Shown piece by piece: positions 1 to 13,227 of a stretch of DNA of 64,000 nt. Location: NCBI GenBank assembly GCA_030704615.1, contig CM060732.1, positions 3,472,001 through 3,536,000 on the forward strand. Reading direction: 5' to 3'. This stretch comes from Takakia lepidozioides. Lineage: Eukaryota; Plantae; Bryophyta. The notes under the pieces are model-generated. The model was not told the origin of the DNA. It ran no database searches and saw nothing but the letters and a program-made list of their open reading frames with translations. Position 1 is the first letter of the stretch, and each line of letters starts with the position of its first letter. The position numbers were made by a program, and so were the translations under genes.

Positions 1-59
1 TTGCATGGTAGAAAAACTTGGAGATTCGCAGAAGCTTGGTAGTGTCGCCTTACTTGTTT

Positions 60-460
60 TGCTAAGATGGCTTCCCAAAGATTGCAGTGGGAACCTTTTC
101 AGATTATATTAAAACTTGGAAGGGTTTGTGCATGCCTCAAGGCACATGCCCGGGCTTTGCCATAATTTCTAGGACCTTTTTCTCTCACTTTTACAGTTGC
201 ATTGTGTGGTCTAGGGTTTAAAAAGGTACTCATTCCTAGATGGCAATTGAGTCATAAGAAGAGTTCTGTACATTGATGCGGAGTTTCTGGATCTAGTTTC
301 AGAGGAGTTATGGTAGACGTCAATATTTGAGGTGGGTTGCTGCTAATGTCTAGACATTAGCGAGAAAAATTGTTTTGTCTTTGAAGGGCAAAATCCATGA
401 GGCCAAAAATCGAGCCCTTAATTACAACTAGGGTAGCCTGTGCCATTGGCCCAAGTGTCC
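60..460 (+). pseudogene. Possible highly degenerate LINE (L1-like) ORF2 3' end
   Basis: Around 352-390 a broken frame reads roughly W-x-x-W-R-E-K-N-C-F-V-F-E-G, resembling the WxxRNxxxF C-terminal motif of plant L1 ORF2. Weak Cys/His remnants upstream; no intact ORF. Confidence 0.3.
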
Positions 461-639
461 AATATCATCTAAGTCCAAGTGCAACCCCTATATATTTAAG
501 TGCGTCTCCTATGTGGAGGTCCATGTGTGAAGAATTGAGATCGATATACTAATAATAATAATATATGACGCCTCCCAAAAGGATGCTTAGATTATGGTGT
601 CTCTTGACTGAGAAGGGCTACTTCCAGCAGGAAGGTGGA

Positions 640-1475
640 CACCGGAGACCCATTAATCCATTCCCGGTGGATGAAAATGTGGTGCCGCATTTCCATCCAT
701 AAGGATAATAAAGCGACCAAGGGGGTCGCCATCTGTCGGGTTCTCCTCCCCAGACCCATTCATCCATTCTCGATGGATGGAAATATGCCGCCACATTTCC
801 ATCCAGAGGGATGATAAAGCGATCAAGGGGCCGCCACCTGTCGGCTTCTCCTCCCGAGACCCATTCATCCATTTTTGGTGGATGGAAATGCGGCATTGCA
901 TTTCCATCCAGAGGGATGATAAAGCGACCAAGGGGGCCGTCACGTGTCGGCTTCTCCTCCGGAAACCCATTCATCCATTTTCAGTGGATGGAAATGCGGC
1001 GCCACATTTCCCATCCACAGGGATGATAAAGCCACCAAGGGGCCGTCACCTGTCGACTTCTCCTCCCGAGACCCATTCATCCATTCCCTCAAGATGGAAA
1101 TGCGGCGCCGCATTTCCATCCAGAGGGATGATAAAGCGACCAAGGGGCCCGTCACCTGTCGGCTTCTCCTACCGAGACCCATTCATCCATTTCCGGTGGA
1201 TAGAAATGCGGCGCCGCATTTCCATCTTGAGGGATGATAAAGTGACCATGGGGGCCGCCACCTGTCGGCTTCTCCTCCCGAGACCCATTCATCCATTCCC
1301 GGTGGATGGAAATGTGGGGCCGCATCAGAGGGATGATAAAGCTTCCGAAGGGGACCGCACCTGTCGGCTTATCCTCCGGAGGCGCATACATCCATCCACC
1401 GGGATCATAAAGCGACCAAGGGGCCCGCCATCTCTTGGCTTCTCCTCCCAAGACCCATTCATCCATTCCCGGTGT
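640..1475. repeat. Tandem array, ~105-bp unit, ~8 copies, each with the palindrome GGATGGAAATGCGGCGCCGCATTTCCATCC
   Basis: CCATTCATCCATT recurs about every 105 bp (e.g. 861, 967, 1072). The overlapping repetitive ORFs here are artefacts of the array. Confidence 0.9.
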
Positions 1476-1489
1476 TGGAGTCCGTCTCC

Positions 1490-2645
1490 CACATCTGTTC
1501 CCTTAATATCAGAAATCACATTGTTTCGTGCAAACAGAAAATTGGTCGAGGATCGGATATGCAGTCGATTCTATAGGTTAAGCAACAATGTGGATATGAC
1601 TTCATTCACGGTAGACGGTTTCCATGACAAGGGTGTGAGACAGACCATTGTTTCATATTCAAAATGTCAAGTGTGGTCCTGGCAGCGGCGTGGATCTGGT
1701 CCGTCGGATGACAAGTGGCAACTTGTCAAACAGTTGGGTCATGTTCGACCATATCAAGCGTATTACAAATCACGAATGGGTGACAATGGGTGCACATGCC
1801 TAAGACTCCCACTGCAAAATGCTAATGATCATTGTCATTTGTGAGATGAAAAAAAAGGAACACAATCCGAGATGCATCTGTGGCAAGGAATAAACGAACA
1901 GATGGTCAGGGCAAGCCTTGTTTCCAAGGATTCATGGTGGATAAGGCACAAGCGAATTGGACTGCAGTGCGAAGGGTATAAGGGGAAGACCCGAATATTT
2001 TCATGGAAGGAAAAGAGAGATATTGTGGGTTCCATTTTCTACAGAGTTTGTCACACTGCACAACCAAACTCGTGGCACTAGGTTTCAGAGAGGACCACCG
2101 TTCCATGTGTCTTGCATGGAAGAATACTCTTACTTTGGATGACGCAAAGACAGAGTTTACATGTATACGTGCTTGGTGGAAAACTTCAGGTGTTGTTCAG
2201 GAAAAAGAGGTAGGTGCAATGGTCAGTTGGTTGGCTTGGTGGCATTATCGTTTTGGACAGTTCGGCGAGTATATGTGGCATGTGAGTTCACCCATTTTAT
2301 GTTCGCAGCAATATTATGGTTATGAATGGTTTTTTATCTTCCTTCTAACCAACGAATGTGCAATTGCAAGATCTGTGCCTCGACTCCAACACTGACATGT
2401 CGACAACAAACATGGCCGAATCTGTCCATTATTCATGGCGTGCGTCATCCGCGGCGCATCTGATGGGCATCCTCACTGCCACAACGGAAGACATCATTGT
2501 AAGATCAATCATGCAGCAATCTAGATACAATGGGTTTCTAAAAGAGTAACAATGGGGCTTGGGGCCGGATATGCAGGAAATGCTCATGCGGACGGCCTCC
2601 AAATCCAAGAATCCTCAGAAGTGGGTAGCAGCCTTGGGAGAGAAT
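1490..2645 (+). pseudogene. Internally deleted, degenerate MULE transposase fragment (diverged relative of 3654-7239)
   Basis: Collinear similarity to 4930-6090: SNSWVMFDHIKRITNHEWVTMGAH, YCGFHFLQSL, TTNMAESVH. Intron donor at the same position (GTGAGT at 2282). Many frameshifts and stops. Confidence 0.85.
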
Positions 2646-2718
2646 CAGTGTTGGCCGGGTATCAATGTATTGTGGAGTCTTTCTAGTTCAGGTTATGGAA
2701 TCTCTTCTTAGTGGAGGC

Positions 2719-3218
2719 NNNNNNNNNNNNNNNNNNNNNNNNNNNNNNNNNNNNNNNNNNNNNNNNNNNNNNNNNNNNNNNNNNNNNNNNNNNNNNNNNN
2801 NNNNNNNNNNNNNNNNNNNNNNNNNNNNNNNNNNNNNNNNNNNNNNNNNNNNNNNNNNNNNNNNNNNNNNNNNNNNNNNNNNNNNNNNNNNNNNNNNNNN
2901 NNNNNNNNNNNNNNNNNNNNNNNNNNNNNNNNNNNNNNNNNNNNNNNNNNNNNNNNNNNNNNNNNNNNNNNNNNNNNNNNNNNNNNNNNNNNNNNNNNNN
3001 NNNNNNNNNNNNNNNNNNNNNNNNNNNNNNNNNNNNNNNNNNNNNNNNNNNNNNNNNNNNNNNNNNNNNNNNNNNNNNNNNNNNNNNNNNNNNNNNNNNN
3101 NNNNNNNNNNNNNNNNNNNNNNNNNNNNNNNNNNNNNNNNNNNNNNNNNNNNNNNNNNNNNNNNNNNNNNNNNNNNNNNNNNNNNNNNNNNNNNNNNNNN
3201 NNNNNNNNNNNNNNNNNN
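2719..3218. other. Assembly gap (500 N)
   Basis: Run of n characters. Adjacency across it is not established by sequence. Confidence 1.
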
Positions 3219-3653
3219 GGGGGCCCGGATGGAAATTCGGCGCCGAATCTCCATCCAGGGGATGTTCTCTGTCGCACACGCGCCGGCCTCTGAGCCCGAG
3301 GCGACTTCATCCGGGCTTCCTCTGTTGGATATTGGGTGCCGAATTTCCATTCGGGGGTAGTAATGTGACGGCACGGTGCCGGCTTCTCCCCTTCAGCCGT
3401 CATCATCCGGACGGCCCCCCACTTTCTGACTGCATACCGTTGGCAGTTATTGCGCAAAGACCAGGGGACGCATTCCGGAGACAAGGTTCATTAACACTCT
3501 GACTGTGGATTTTTGAGATAGTTGGCTCCCTGGATTTGGATCAGGCTTCGTCGCTCGGACAAATCGGCATCGCATTCATTCCCATCGCTGCACCCCCTTC
3601 TACCAGGGAGCTTCCCAGCACGCCATCCTGGCAGTCTTGTGTGCACATCTCCC

Positions 3654-6600
3654 ATGGCGGAAAACCCGAGCGCTACAGTGTACTGCCCTCCTCACGAGCA
3701 TAGAGCTTCATTTCCGTGTAGAGGGGACACCTGCCGGGTGATGGAGAAATATTTGTGCGTTCGATACCACCTGAAACCGGGGTCGGTTTTTTTGGAGGAG
3801 GAAAGGAAGGACTCTAACGGCCTTGTTGTTGAGAGTATTGTTGTGCTCCACGATGATTTCGGCGATGGCAGAGAATGGCGAGTTCCACCATCGGACAGCG
3901 TCATATACAGGGCTGTTGGGGACTTCATTTGCCCGCCAAATGCACCTTCTATCCTGGCGCCTTCCACGAAACAATCCGCGAATCAGAGAGTGGCTACCTC
4001 AAAGAGAGAAGTCCGCAACGAAGTAAATCCAGAGCCGAACCCATCCATGAAGACGAGCGAGAACCGGGTTGTTCACAACCTGTCCGACTCAGACGAGGTC
4101 ATGGAAGTTCCGAGGTCGTCCTAGAGATCAGGCAAGTCCTCAATGGACGTCAGTAGAGGAGGGAGACATATTCCCAGCACGAGCACCGCAGTTCGATCTA
4201 TTCTTGAAATTCTGCGAGGGCTTCACCTGGAAGGACACCGGTCGGAGCTGGCCGGGCTGGACTACAGCAAGTTCGCAATTAAATCGGTTACATGCCTTCC
4301 CCCGACGTCGACGGTAATATCTTCTTTGAGTTCCCTCCTCGGGCGGACTACTCGAGGGCGTCCGGAATGTTGACAGATATGGATAGAAAACATGACGGTC
4401 ATCCTTGGTGCGTTACCAAAACCACCAGCATGAAGATGCTCGATGGTGTGCGGGTGCGCTACGTTGTTTGTGCGGGCGCGTTGCGGTGTTTCTCCCCAAC
4501 TTGCTTCCACTTTAAATCCAGAGGTCACAGGAACGAGACCGATTGGACAGGCACAACTCACCAACCATTTCGAGCTCAGGAGAAGGTTCCAAACTCCACA
4601 TTTAAGTGTGCGCATTGCAAAGAACCACCACACTGCATGTCTGTTTGTAATGCCAAGCAGTTCTATGTGTTGCACCGTTTCCCTGACCTCACCCGAGCTT
4701 GCATACACGTTGGTTCCCATTGTCACAAATTGGCGAGGGGGAACTCGCGGGAGGCTGCCCACGAAGCAGAGCAGCTCGTTCAGGAGGAGGTTAAGTTGAG
4801 ACCGGGTGCCAAACCCAAACAGATACAGCTCCAAGCCGCCCATAAGATGGCATTGGCCAGAATTATGTCGGAAGACGGCTCCGATAGAGTTCCTCTAGAC
4901 GAGAAGGAAATGGAGGCATTGCTGGAGTCGGTGTCCCATGTATGTTCACCGAATGTCCGAAACCACATTGTCTCATGCAAACAGAAAATTGGTCGTGGCT
5001 CGGATATGCACTCCATTCTGGAGGTGAAGCGACGATGTGGATATGACAACATTCATGGAAGTAGGTTTCCAGGACAAGGGACTGAGGCAGATCGTTGTTT
5101 CGTATTCAAAATGTCCACGTGTGGACCTGGCAGCGGCGTCGAACTGGTCGACAGGATGACGAGTGGGAACTTGTCAAACAGTTGGGTCATGTTCGACCAT
5201 ATCAAGCGAATTACAAATCACCAGTGGGTGACAATGGGTGCACATGTCTACGACACCCACTGCAGGATGCTAATGACAATTGCTATTTGTGAGATGAAAG
5301 GAGAGGACACACAATCGGAGATGCTTCTTTGGCAGGGAATAAACGAACAGATAGCCAAGGCGGGATTGCCCCCTCCCAATTTCCGTGGTTTCATGGCGGA
5401 CAACGCACAAGCAAATTGGGCTGCCATCCGAAGGGTGTACGGGCAAGACCAATGTTCCCATGGAAGGCAAGGAGAGATCTTGTGGGTTCCATTTTCTGCA
5501 GAGCCTTTCGCAGTACACAACCAGGCTCGTGGCGCCAGATTTCAGAGAGGAGCACGTTCCATGTGCCTTGCGTGGAAGCGCGCTCCCACCTTGGATGATG
5601 CAGAGACATAGTTGCATGCATACGGGCTTGGTGGACATCGTCAGGTGCTGTAAGGAAATCAGACGAGGGAGCAATGGTCAGTTGGCTAGCATGGTGGCAT
5701 TATCGTTTCCTCCAATTCGGCGACTATATGCGGGAGGTGAGTTGCACGAATTCACGTCCCGTTGAATATTATTCTTGGCCATATTTGTAACTTGCTTGTA
5801 ACCTGAACATGTGCTTGTGCAGGAAATGTGTCTCGACTCCGACACCGACATGCCCACGACAAACATGGCCGAATCAGTGCACTCTTCCTGGCGTGCCTCC
5901 TCTGCGGCGCATCTGGTGGACATCCTCACTGCCACAACGGAGGACATTGTGAGGTCAATTATGCAGCAATGCAGGTACAACGAGTTCTTGAAAGGGAAAC
6001 AGTGGGGCTTGGGGCCGGACAGGCAGGAAATGCTGATGCGGACTGCCTCTAGATCGAAGAATCCTCGGAAGTGGGCGGCGACCTTGCGAGAGGGCCTTCG
6101 GAACACGCCATTGCTGCGAAGAGGCCAACATTTGGAAGGAGATGTTCATACCCGTCCAGTGAGACAAGACTTGACGAGGCACCTGGCGGAGAAGAGGATT
6201 CATGGCGAGCTGACAAGAATATTCGCACGCTCCCTCGTGGTCCCGTGATGTTGCCCGAGGAGGTCTCGTCGAGCACCGCAAATCCTGCACGTTCAAGATC
6301 GCCATCTCCTTTGAGCACATGGCGCGTGCCCCGGCAACATAACGAGCCATCTGTAGTAAAGCAGTACAACATTCCCATTGTGGAGACAAGAGTGTCGGAG
6401 TCACAGTGGAGAATTGCGAGGACATTGCCGGCATTTCGAGGGAAGTGCTGCGCCATCCAGGTGGATACGAGAGCACCCTGTGGTAAGATGATTCGGAGGA
6501 ACCCACACGGTGCTGTACCTGCACCTTGTTTCAGCGGCAGATTTTTGACTCCCACATTTGCTCACGCCACAACGCAGACATTTTGGTTCTGTAGGCACGA

Positions 6601-7239
6601 CATAATGACCTGTGTATTTGGCAAGCCCAAGTACGGGATTCAGGGAATGCCGGAGCCTCCGGGCGTCTGGCCTGTTGCATCGGGTTGCAGCCTCTCTCAG
6701 AATGAGGCGGATGCTCTATCTGCAGCAGGATTTCGAATGGTGCAACGCACAGACATCCCGGCCCACGCATTTCCGGTTCCTCAGACCCAGCCATTGCAGA
6801 CTGCTCGGTCCAGTAGAGACGGATTGGACAATTCTGCACATCCCACAATGCGATTCGGAAGAGTGAAGAGACGACACCCTCCCAACAAGTTGAATGAGAC
6901 TCGGATTGCCAATGCTCTTGGGATGGCTTGCACTATTCAGAGCTCCGTGGACGTACCCCCACCCGGCCTTGGGCGTGTGTATCGGATGGCAACGGTCGGC
7001 TCGGCTGTACGCGACGATGTATACACAATTACGATTGGAGTGGAGCCAACTTGCAATTGTACGGACTTCTCGTTGATGGAAGCAAAGAAGGGTTCGAAGT
7101 ATTATCCGTGCAAGCATCTGTATACATCTACCTGAAGAGGTTGAGGATGAACGTGACTATTGATGACTTTATTCATACACCGGCGTTGAGCGTGAACGAG
7201 CTGCACAAACTCCTCCTTAGGGATTCCAGAAATCATTGA
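3654..7239 (+). pseudogene. Mutator-like DDE transposase: GCM-like Zn domain, DDE core, PARP-like Zn finger, SWIM finger (frameshifted)
   Basis: GCM-like: DGHPW...CAGALRC...C...CAHC...C...HVGSHCH. Catalytic: WVMFDH, GFMADNAQA, CGFH (CxxH), TTNMAESVH. SWIM: CNC-x16-CKH near 7051-7117. A GT-AG intron at 5737-5822 splices in frame (GDYMRE|EMCLDSD). Several frameshifts. Confidence 0.85.
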
Positions 7240-7389
7240 TGGGGCAAACGGAATCCTCCATATGGATATTTTCAAATGCATTTTGCTGTATCAGGCTTTT
7301 TTTTTGCAGTGTAATGAAATGCACCCCAAAACTCCTGGAATGAGGCAATATTCCATTCAAACTGAATCCAACAGAAGCAGTTGTGGGGC

Positions 7390-7835
7390 CATTTCTGGAA
7401 AAATGGCGCCGAATTTCTCTTTTGGGCCGAAAACTGGCTAAGTCCCAACATGCACTGGTACCTGTGTCTGGGAAAATGGCGCCGAATTTCTCTTTTTGGG
7501 GCCGAAAACTGGCCAAGTCCCAACATGCATTGGTACCGTGTCTGGAAAAATGACGCCGAATTTTTCTTTTTTGGGGGCCGAAAACTGGCTAAGTCCCAAC
7601 ATGCACTGGTACAGTGTCTGGAAAAATGGCGCCGAATTTCCCTATTTGCGCCGAAAACTGGCTAAGTCCGAACATGCACTGGAAAAATGGCGCCGAATTA
7701 CCTGTCATGAGGGGACCTATAGCCGCGGAATTCGGCACCATTTTTCGCCAGAGAGACCTATTACCGCGAAATACGTCGCCGTTTTTTCAGGTTACGGACC
7801 CTATTACCGCGAAATTCGGCGCCATATTTGCACAT
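7390..7835. repeat. Subterminal tandem repeats of the MULE (~70-bp unit, AAAAATGGCGCCGAATTTC core)
   Basis: Directly visible repeats; same core motif as 25640-26065. Confidence 0.85.
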
Positions 7836-8094
7836 GTCGCTGGGAATTGGCATGAGCGGAAGACGAAATATCATGAGCACAACTGTCAAAACTGCAATTT
7901 TCCCTTCAAGGGGCCGTATAATATATTTGTTTTTCCTTACACATTGCATTAAATTATTGTTTTTTATTGTTTTTTATTTTCAAAATTTGTACTTCTGCTC
8001 ATGAAAACCGATTGTGTTACTACTCTGCTCATGCCGCTCATGCCGCTCATGAAATAGCAAACCTCGTTCATTCTGGATAAGACACCAGAATGAG

Positions 8095-9198
8095 ATGAGA
8101 GCTCCTGTGAATGAGGGCCCAGTGGTGGCAGCTCACATGGTTAGGCCATGTGTTGTACCAGAAGTAAGTACAATGATAGTAACAAGAAGTAAAGCCAAAC
8201 TAATACCTCCAGTAGAAGAGGAAGAAGATGATAATGGAAGTGGCAATGATATGCCTGAAGATGAAGAGACTTGGAAAGATGAGAAGGAACTGCACAAGGA
8301 AGTGGCAGATACTATAAGGGAAATGCAAAAGAGTACTGATATTCCTGTGGCAGATTCCTCTGATTCTGATGGAGAAAAAGAAGGGAGTGAGGAAGAAAGG
8401 AAGAAAGAAGATGCAGACATGCAAAGTAATGAAGAGACTTTGGCTGAAGTAATATGCCAGACCAAAGCAGAAATTACCATTGGACAGCTATTAGCTGTGG
8501 CACCTTATTGTAGGCACAGGCTGTATCGGACAATCAATCGAATTGCCCAAGAGACAGGAAACACAGACCTGAACAGCAAGGTGACCAGTTATAATGTGAA
8601 GCCGGAACGGCGAGAAACAGTCATGGACTTTGATGATTCTATGCCAGTAATCCAATTGAGAATTGGAAGCACAGAACTAACTGATGTACTGATAGATGGA
8701 GGTTCTGGAGTAAATATCATGACAGACCAATTAAGGAAGAAGCTTGGTCTAAGTAACATGAAACCAGCCCCATTTACAGTAACAATGGCAGATCAAAGAA
8801 ATGTACAGCCATTGGGATTAATAAGAGGAGTTAAGATACAGATACAGAAGATGATCTTTATGATCATAGTAACTGTGTTGAAAATGGATGAAGTCATGGA
8901 GGCTTACTCCTTATTATTGGGACGTCCGTGGCTGAAACAGGCCAGGGTATTCCATGACTGGAATTCTCAGTTACTAACCGTGCATAATGGGATACACGAG
9001 ATACAAATTACCACAAAGAAATCTAGTAGATTACCTGCTACAAGAAGACCTCGAGGAGTCAGAGAGTATGACTGGAAAGGAGGACTGGATGAGGAGCAGG
9101 AAGCTACCCTATTTGCTGCACACCCAGAGTGGGAGCAGGTTGCAGAGATGCGGCTGGAAAGCCTAAGTTGTTTGAGAGGTATCTGCTGTGTGGTGTAG
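8095..9198 (+). CDS. gag C-terminus and aspartic protease
   Basis: DVLIDGGSGVNIM active site and LLLGRPWL motif; frameshifts into pol near 9190. Confidence 0.85.
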   Translation: MRAPVNEGPVVAAHMVRPCVVPEVSTMIVTRSKAKLIPPVEEEEDDNGSGNDMPEDEETWKDEKELHKEVADTIREMQKSTDIPVADSSDSDGEKEGSEEERKKEDADMQSNEETLAEVICQTKAEITIGQLLAVAPYCRHRLYRTINRIAQETGNTDLNSKVTSYNVKPERRETVMDFDDSMPVIQLRIGSTELTDVLIDGGSGVNIMTDQLRKKLGLSNMKPAPFTVTMADQRNVQPLGLIRGVKIQIQKMIFMIIVTVLKMDEVMEAYSLLLGRPWLKQARVFHDWNSQLLTVHNGIHEIQITTKKSSRLPATRRPRGVREYDWKGGLDEEQEATLFAAHPEWEQVAEMRLESLSCLRGICCVV

Positions 9199-12150
9199 TG
9201 ACAGCAACACCAACTGAAGAGGAAACCAGCATTTACCCATCACATTTCTATGAAGAAAGAGAAGGAGAAATGGAAATCCTAGAAGAACCAGCCACTGTGA
9301 GCTTACAGGATGAAGTGGTGACTGGTTGGACAATCACAGCTGATGAGCAGGTGAGGGAAGTAAATGTGGGAACTAAAGAGGAACCGAGGATGGTGAAAGT
9401 AGGAGCTGATTTGGAGCCGGAATTCTTCGAAGAAGCTAAAAGCTTGTTCATCAAATACAGAGATGTATTTGCTTGGAGCTATGAGGATCTAAAAGGGATA
9501 CCACCTGAAGTCTGTCAGCATAAGATTGAACTAGAACCAGAGTCAGTACCAATCAAGCAGGCGAGGTATAGAATGAATCCCAACTACGCACAGAAGGTTG
9601 GAGAAGAGATAAAGAAGTTGGCTGAGGCTAAGTTTATATACCCAATAGAGTATACAACTTGGTTGTCACCCATTGTTATAGTTCCCAAGAAGAATGGCAA
9701 ACTAAGAGTATGTGTGAACTATAAGAAGCTGAATGCTTGTACGAAGAAAGATCCTTTCCCTTTGCCATTCACAGAAGCAGTATTAGACACTGTGGCAGGC
9801 CATGAGATGTACTCATTCATGGATGGCTTCAGTGGTTATAATCAAGTGCAAGTGGCAGAAGAAGACCAAGGGAAAACAGCTTTCATCACAGACTGGGGGG
9901 CTTATGCATACAAAGTCATGCCCTTTGGACTTTGTAATGCACCAGCGACCTTTCAGAGAGTGATAAGTGAATCTTTTCATGAGTATCTGGATGATTTCAT
10001 GCAGGTATTCTTGGATGATTTCAGTGTGTACAGCTCTAAGAATGAGCACTTGCATAAATTGGAGTTATGTTTGGCCAGATGCAGGATGAGAGGTCTGGGC
10101 CTGAATCCAGAGAAGTGTACTTTCTGTGTGAACTCAGGGGTGCTTCTGGGACACATTGTGTGTAAGAAGGGACTCCTTGTGGATCCCAGAAAGACAGAGT
10201 CCATTAAAGCCTCTCCACCACCAGTGAATGTTAAAAGTCTACGGAGATTCCTTGGGCAAACCAGTTATTACAGGAGATTTGTCAAAAGGTATGCACAAAT
10301 AGCAGCACCATTGAGCAAACTACTGAAGAAAGATGCAGTGTTTGCCTGGACAGCTGAATGTCAACAGGCATTTGAGGAACTTACACTGTCAGTAACAACT
10401 ACACCTGTGCTGATTAACCCTCACTGGCATGTAGTATTCCATGTTCACTGCGATGCATCAGGAGAAGCGTTGGGAGCGGTGTTAGCCCAGAATGTTACAG
10501 GGAATATAGATTCACCTGTGTACTATGCTAGCCGGTTGATGAACAGTGCTGAAAGGAACTATAGCACAACGGAAAGAGAAGCATTGGCAATGATCTATGC
10601 AGTGAAGAAATTCAGGCATTACCTGTTGGGCAAGAAGTTTATGTTCTATGTGGATCACCAGGCTCTGATATACCTGGTAAACAAACCTCTGATAAGCGGA
10701 AGAATAGCAAGATGGTTGATAATCTTGCACGAGTTTGAGTTCGAGGTTGTTTACAAGCCTGGGAGACTGCATCTTGTGGCGGATCATTTGTCACGATTGT
10801 CAACAGGAGAACCAGCCAGAGGAATAGATGATCAATTACCAGATGCGAGTCTCTTTGCAGTGGAGGTGCAGGGAAGTGCAGATGACTGGTTAGATTGGCA
10901 GTGGCCAATCAGATACTACCTTGCTCATGGTCAGTGCCCACCTAGTTATGGTAAGGAGCAGAGGAAGAGAATCGCTATCAAAGCTTTACCTTATACTATG
11001 GTAGGAAGCAGAATGTATAAGTTAGGACCTGATGGAGTACTAAAACGATGCTTGTACCACCATGAAGTAAATAAAGTTTTGGCGGAAGTTCATAAAGGAG
11101 TGGCTGGAGGTCATTTTGGAGAAGAGACTACCAGTAGGAAGATACTACTCGCAGGATACTGGTGGCCTACTTTGTTCAAAGATGTACACGAGTATTGTCA
11201 GAAGTGTGATGAATGTCAGAGGCTAGGACCTTTGCAGAGATCTGGAAGGATGGCCTTGCATCCTACAATGCCTACGGAACCATTTCAGAAATGGGGACTA
11301 GACTTTGTTGGACCAATTAACCCACCATCCAAGAATACACGAAACAGGTACATAATTACAGCCACTGATTATACTACAAAGTGGGTGGAAGCTAAAGCTT
11401 TGAGGGACAACACAGCCAAGTCCACAGCAAGGTTCCTGTATGAGAACATACTTACACGATTTGGCTGTCCCTTAGAATTTATCAGTGATCAGGGAAGTCA
11501 CTTCATGAATGAGACCATTGAGTTGTTGACTAAAGAGTTCATGATTGTGCATAGAAAGAGTACAACATATTACCCACAGGGTAATGGGCAGGCAGAGGCT
11601 ACCAACAAAATACTATGTACTATCTTGGCTAAGATAGTCAATGCAAACAGAACGGATTGGGATACAAAGCTGCTGACAGCTTTGTGGTCATACAGGACTT
11701 CATATAAAGTCACCACTAAGTATACACCATTCCAATTAGTTTATGGTATGGAAGCCTTACTTCCAGTGGAATTCCTGTTACCTACCATGAGAACGGAGTG
11801 GGGAAAAGAATGGAATTGCAAGACTCCATCAAGGTCAGGAAACATGAATTATACCATGTGGAAGAAGTACGTGCTGATGCAGCTGATAATATGACCAGAA
11901 TTCAGATGAAGAGAAAGGAACAGTTTGATGAAGGCAAGTTAAAGACTTTTAAGACGGGGGATTTGGTTCTATGGTTGCAGAAGAAAGGAAAGATTCAAGC
12001 TTCTAAGCTTAAATCACCATGGAAAGGACCTTATGTCATACAAAAGATGTATGATAACAACACCGCCATGTTACAAACCATTAACAAAGAAATGCTGGGA
12101 AGAGTCAATGCCAATAAGTTGAAGGGGTACAGTGGTATCCATGACAAACC
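9129..12150 (+). CDS. pol: Pol: reverse transcriptase, RNase H, integrase (frameshift near 11800)
   Basis: RT: MPFGLCNAPATFQR, FLDD. RNase H: CDAS, ERNYSTTEREALA. Integrase: HHCC, GLDFVGP, SDQGSHF, GQAEATNK, WKGPY. Confidence 0.95.
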
Positions 12151-12270
12151 CTTGCAGCATGATTTGCATGTTGAACCGCAAGAGCAGTCACGGGCTGCAC
12201 CAGTGTTACGAACGGAGTATGGAGCACTTGTCGCTAGGCCGAGCATATATGACCAGGGCGGGCAAAACAA

Positions 12271-12545
12271 ACGTGACACAGCCTATCACAGCCCATCACG
12301 ACGTGACACAGCCTATCACAGCCCATCAAGGCAAAGCACAGCCTATCACAGCCCATCAAGCAGCAACCTATCACAGCCCATCACAACGTGACACAGCCTA
12401 TCACAGCCCAGCACGGCGCAACACAACCTATCACAACCTACCACAGCGTGTCACAGCCTATCACAGCTTACCACAGTGCATCACAGCCTATCACAGCGTA
12501 ACACAGTATGACACAGCCTGTCACAGCTCAACACAGCCTACTAGG
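12271..12545. repeat. Minisatellite (GTGACACAGCCTATCACAGCCCA-type, ~30 bp) between pol and the extra ORF
   Basis: Direct repeats visible; reverse-strand counterpart at 19345-19625. Confidence 0.9.
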
Positions 12546-13227
12546 GTTACACGATCCATAGAATCAGTGACAGGTGGACGCATAATAACTTCAGGAAAAT
12601 GGCTGACGGAAAGAAAACGGAAATTAGTTTAAAAATAGACACGTGGAGGTCAGGGCGCGACACACAGCTGAGAAGGAAGTGCAACAGGTGTCATAAAAGA
12701 AAGAGGACAAGAACGGCCGTCAAAAGGGATGAAAGGCGGGCCCATTAATGAATACGGAAAAAGGGAAACGGAACGAACGGCAAGTACAGAAAAGCGAAAT
12801 TCTTGTCACATGTGTGATCCTAGTGGACTATCCAGCAGGGAAAGTCCACTAAAGAAAATAAAATCTAAAATCCAGTCACAGCGGATACAGCCAATAGAAA
12901 ACCAGAGAAAGGATCAAGAAAATGGAGGGAAATTGAGCGCAAGAGGCGGCGTCGTTCTGAGTAACGGGCGTCTCGACAGGACAGACCATCAATGCTATAG
13001 CTTGGAAACTATGGAGGAACTAACAGACTATACGCTCGCAATATTACTTACGCAGTGGCATAGACACGAAAGGACAGAGCGGAGCTTTTCTCTTGAGCGA
13101 TGCTTGCAAGCCCCGCAGGCTTACAAGAAATTACCCATAGCTTTCTGCGGCAACCATACGTTTATGCTTTGTGCACTACAGGCATTCCTGCAGTTGTTAC
13201 AGCCAAAACAGTTCTGTGAGTCTAAAA

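Larger units (their letters stand above)
3219..8065 (+). mobile_element. MULE copy A, right half (central repeat remnant, transposase, right TIR)
   Basis: 3219-3547 is homologous to 30931-31260 of copy B. Ends GCTCATGCCGCTCATGAAATAGCAAACCTC (8036-8065), an imperfect reverse complement of the left ends at 23013 and 54750 (GGGGGCTGCTATTTCATGAGCGGCATGAGC). Confidence 0.85.

Noticed and set aside
618-1844. Long overlapping ORFs, and a CRISPR-like look of regularly spaced palindromes
   Set aside because: The ORFs are translations of a tandem repeat. The sequences between palindromes are themselves repeated (no unique spacers) and there are no cas genes.
2665-3502. ORFs spanning the N run
   Set aside because: Artefacts of the assembly gap.
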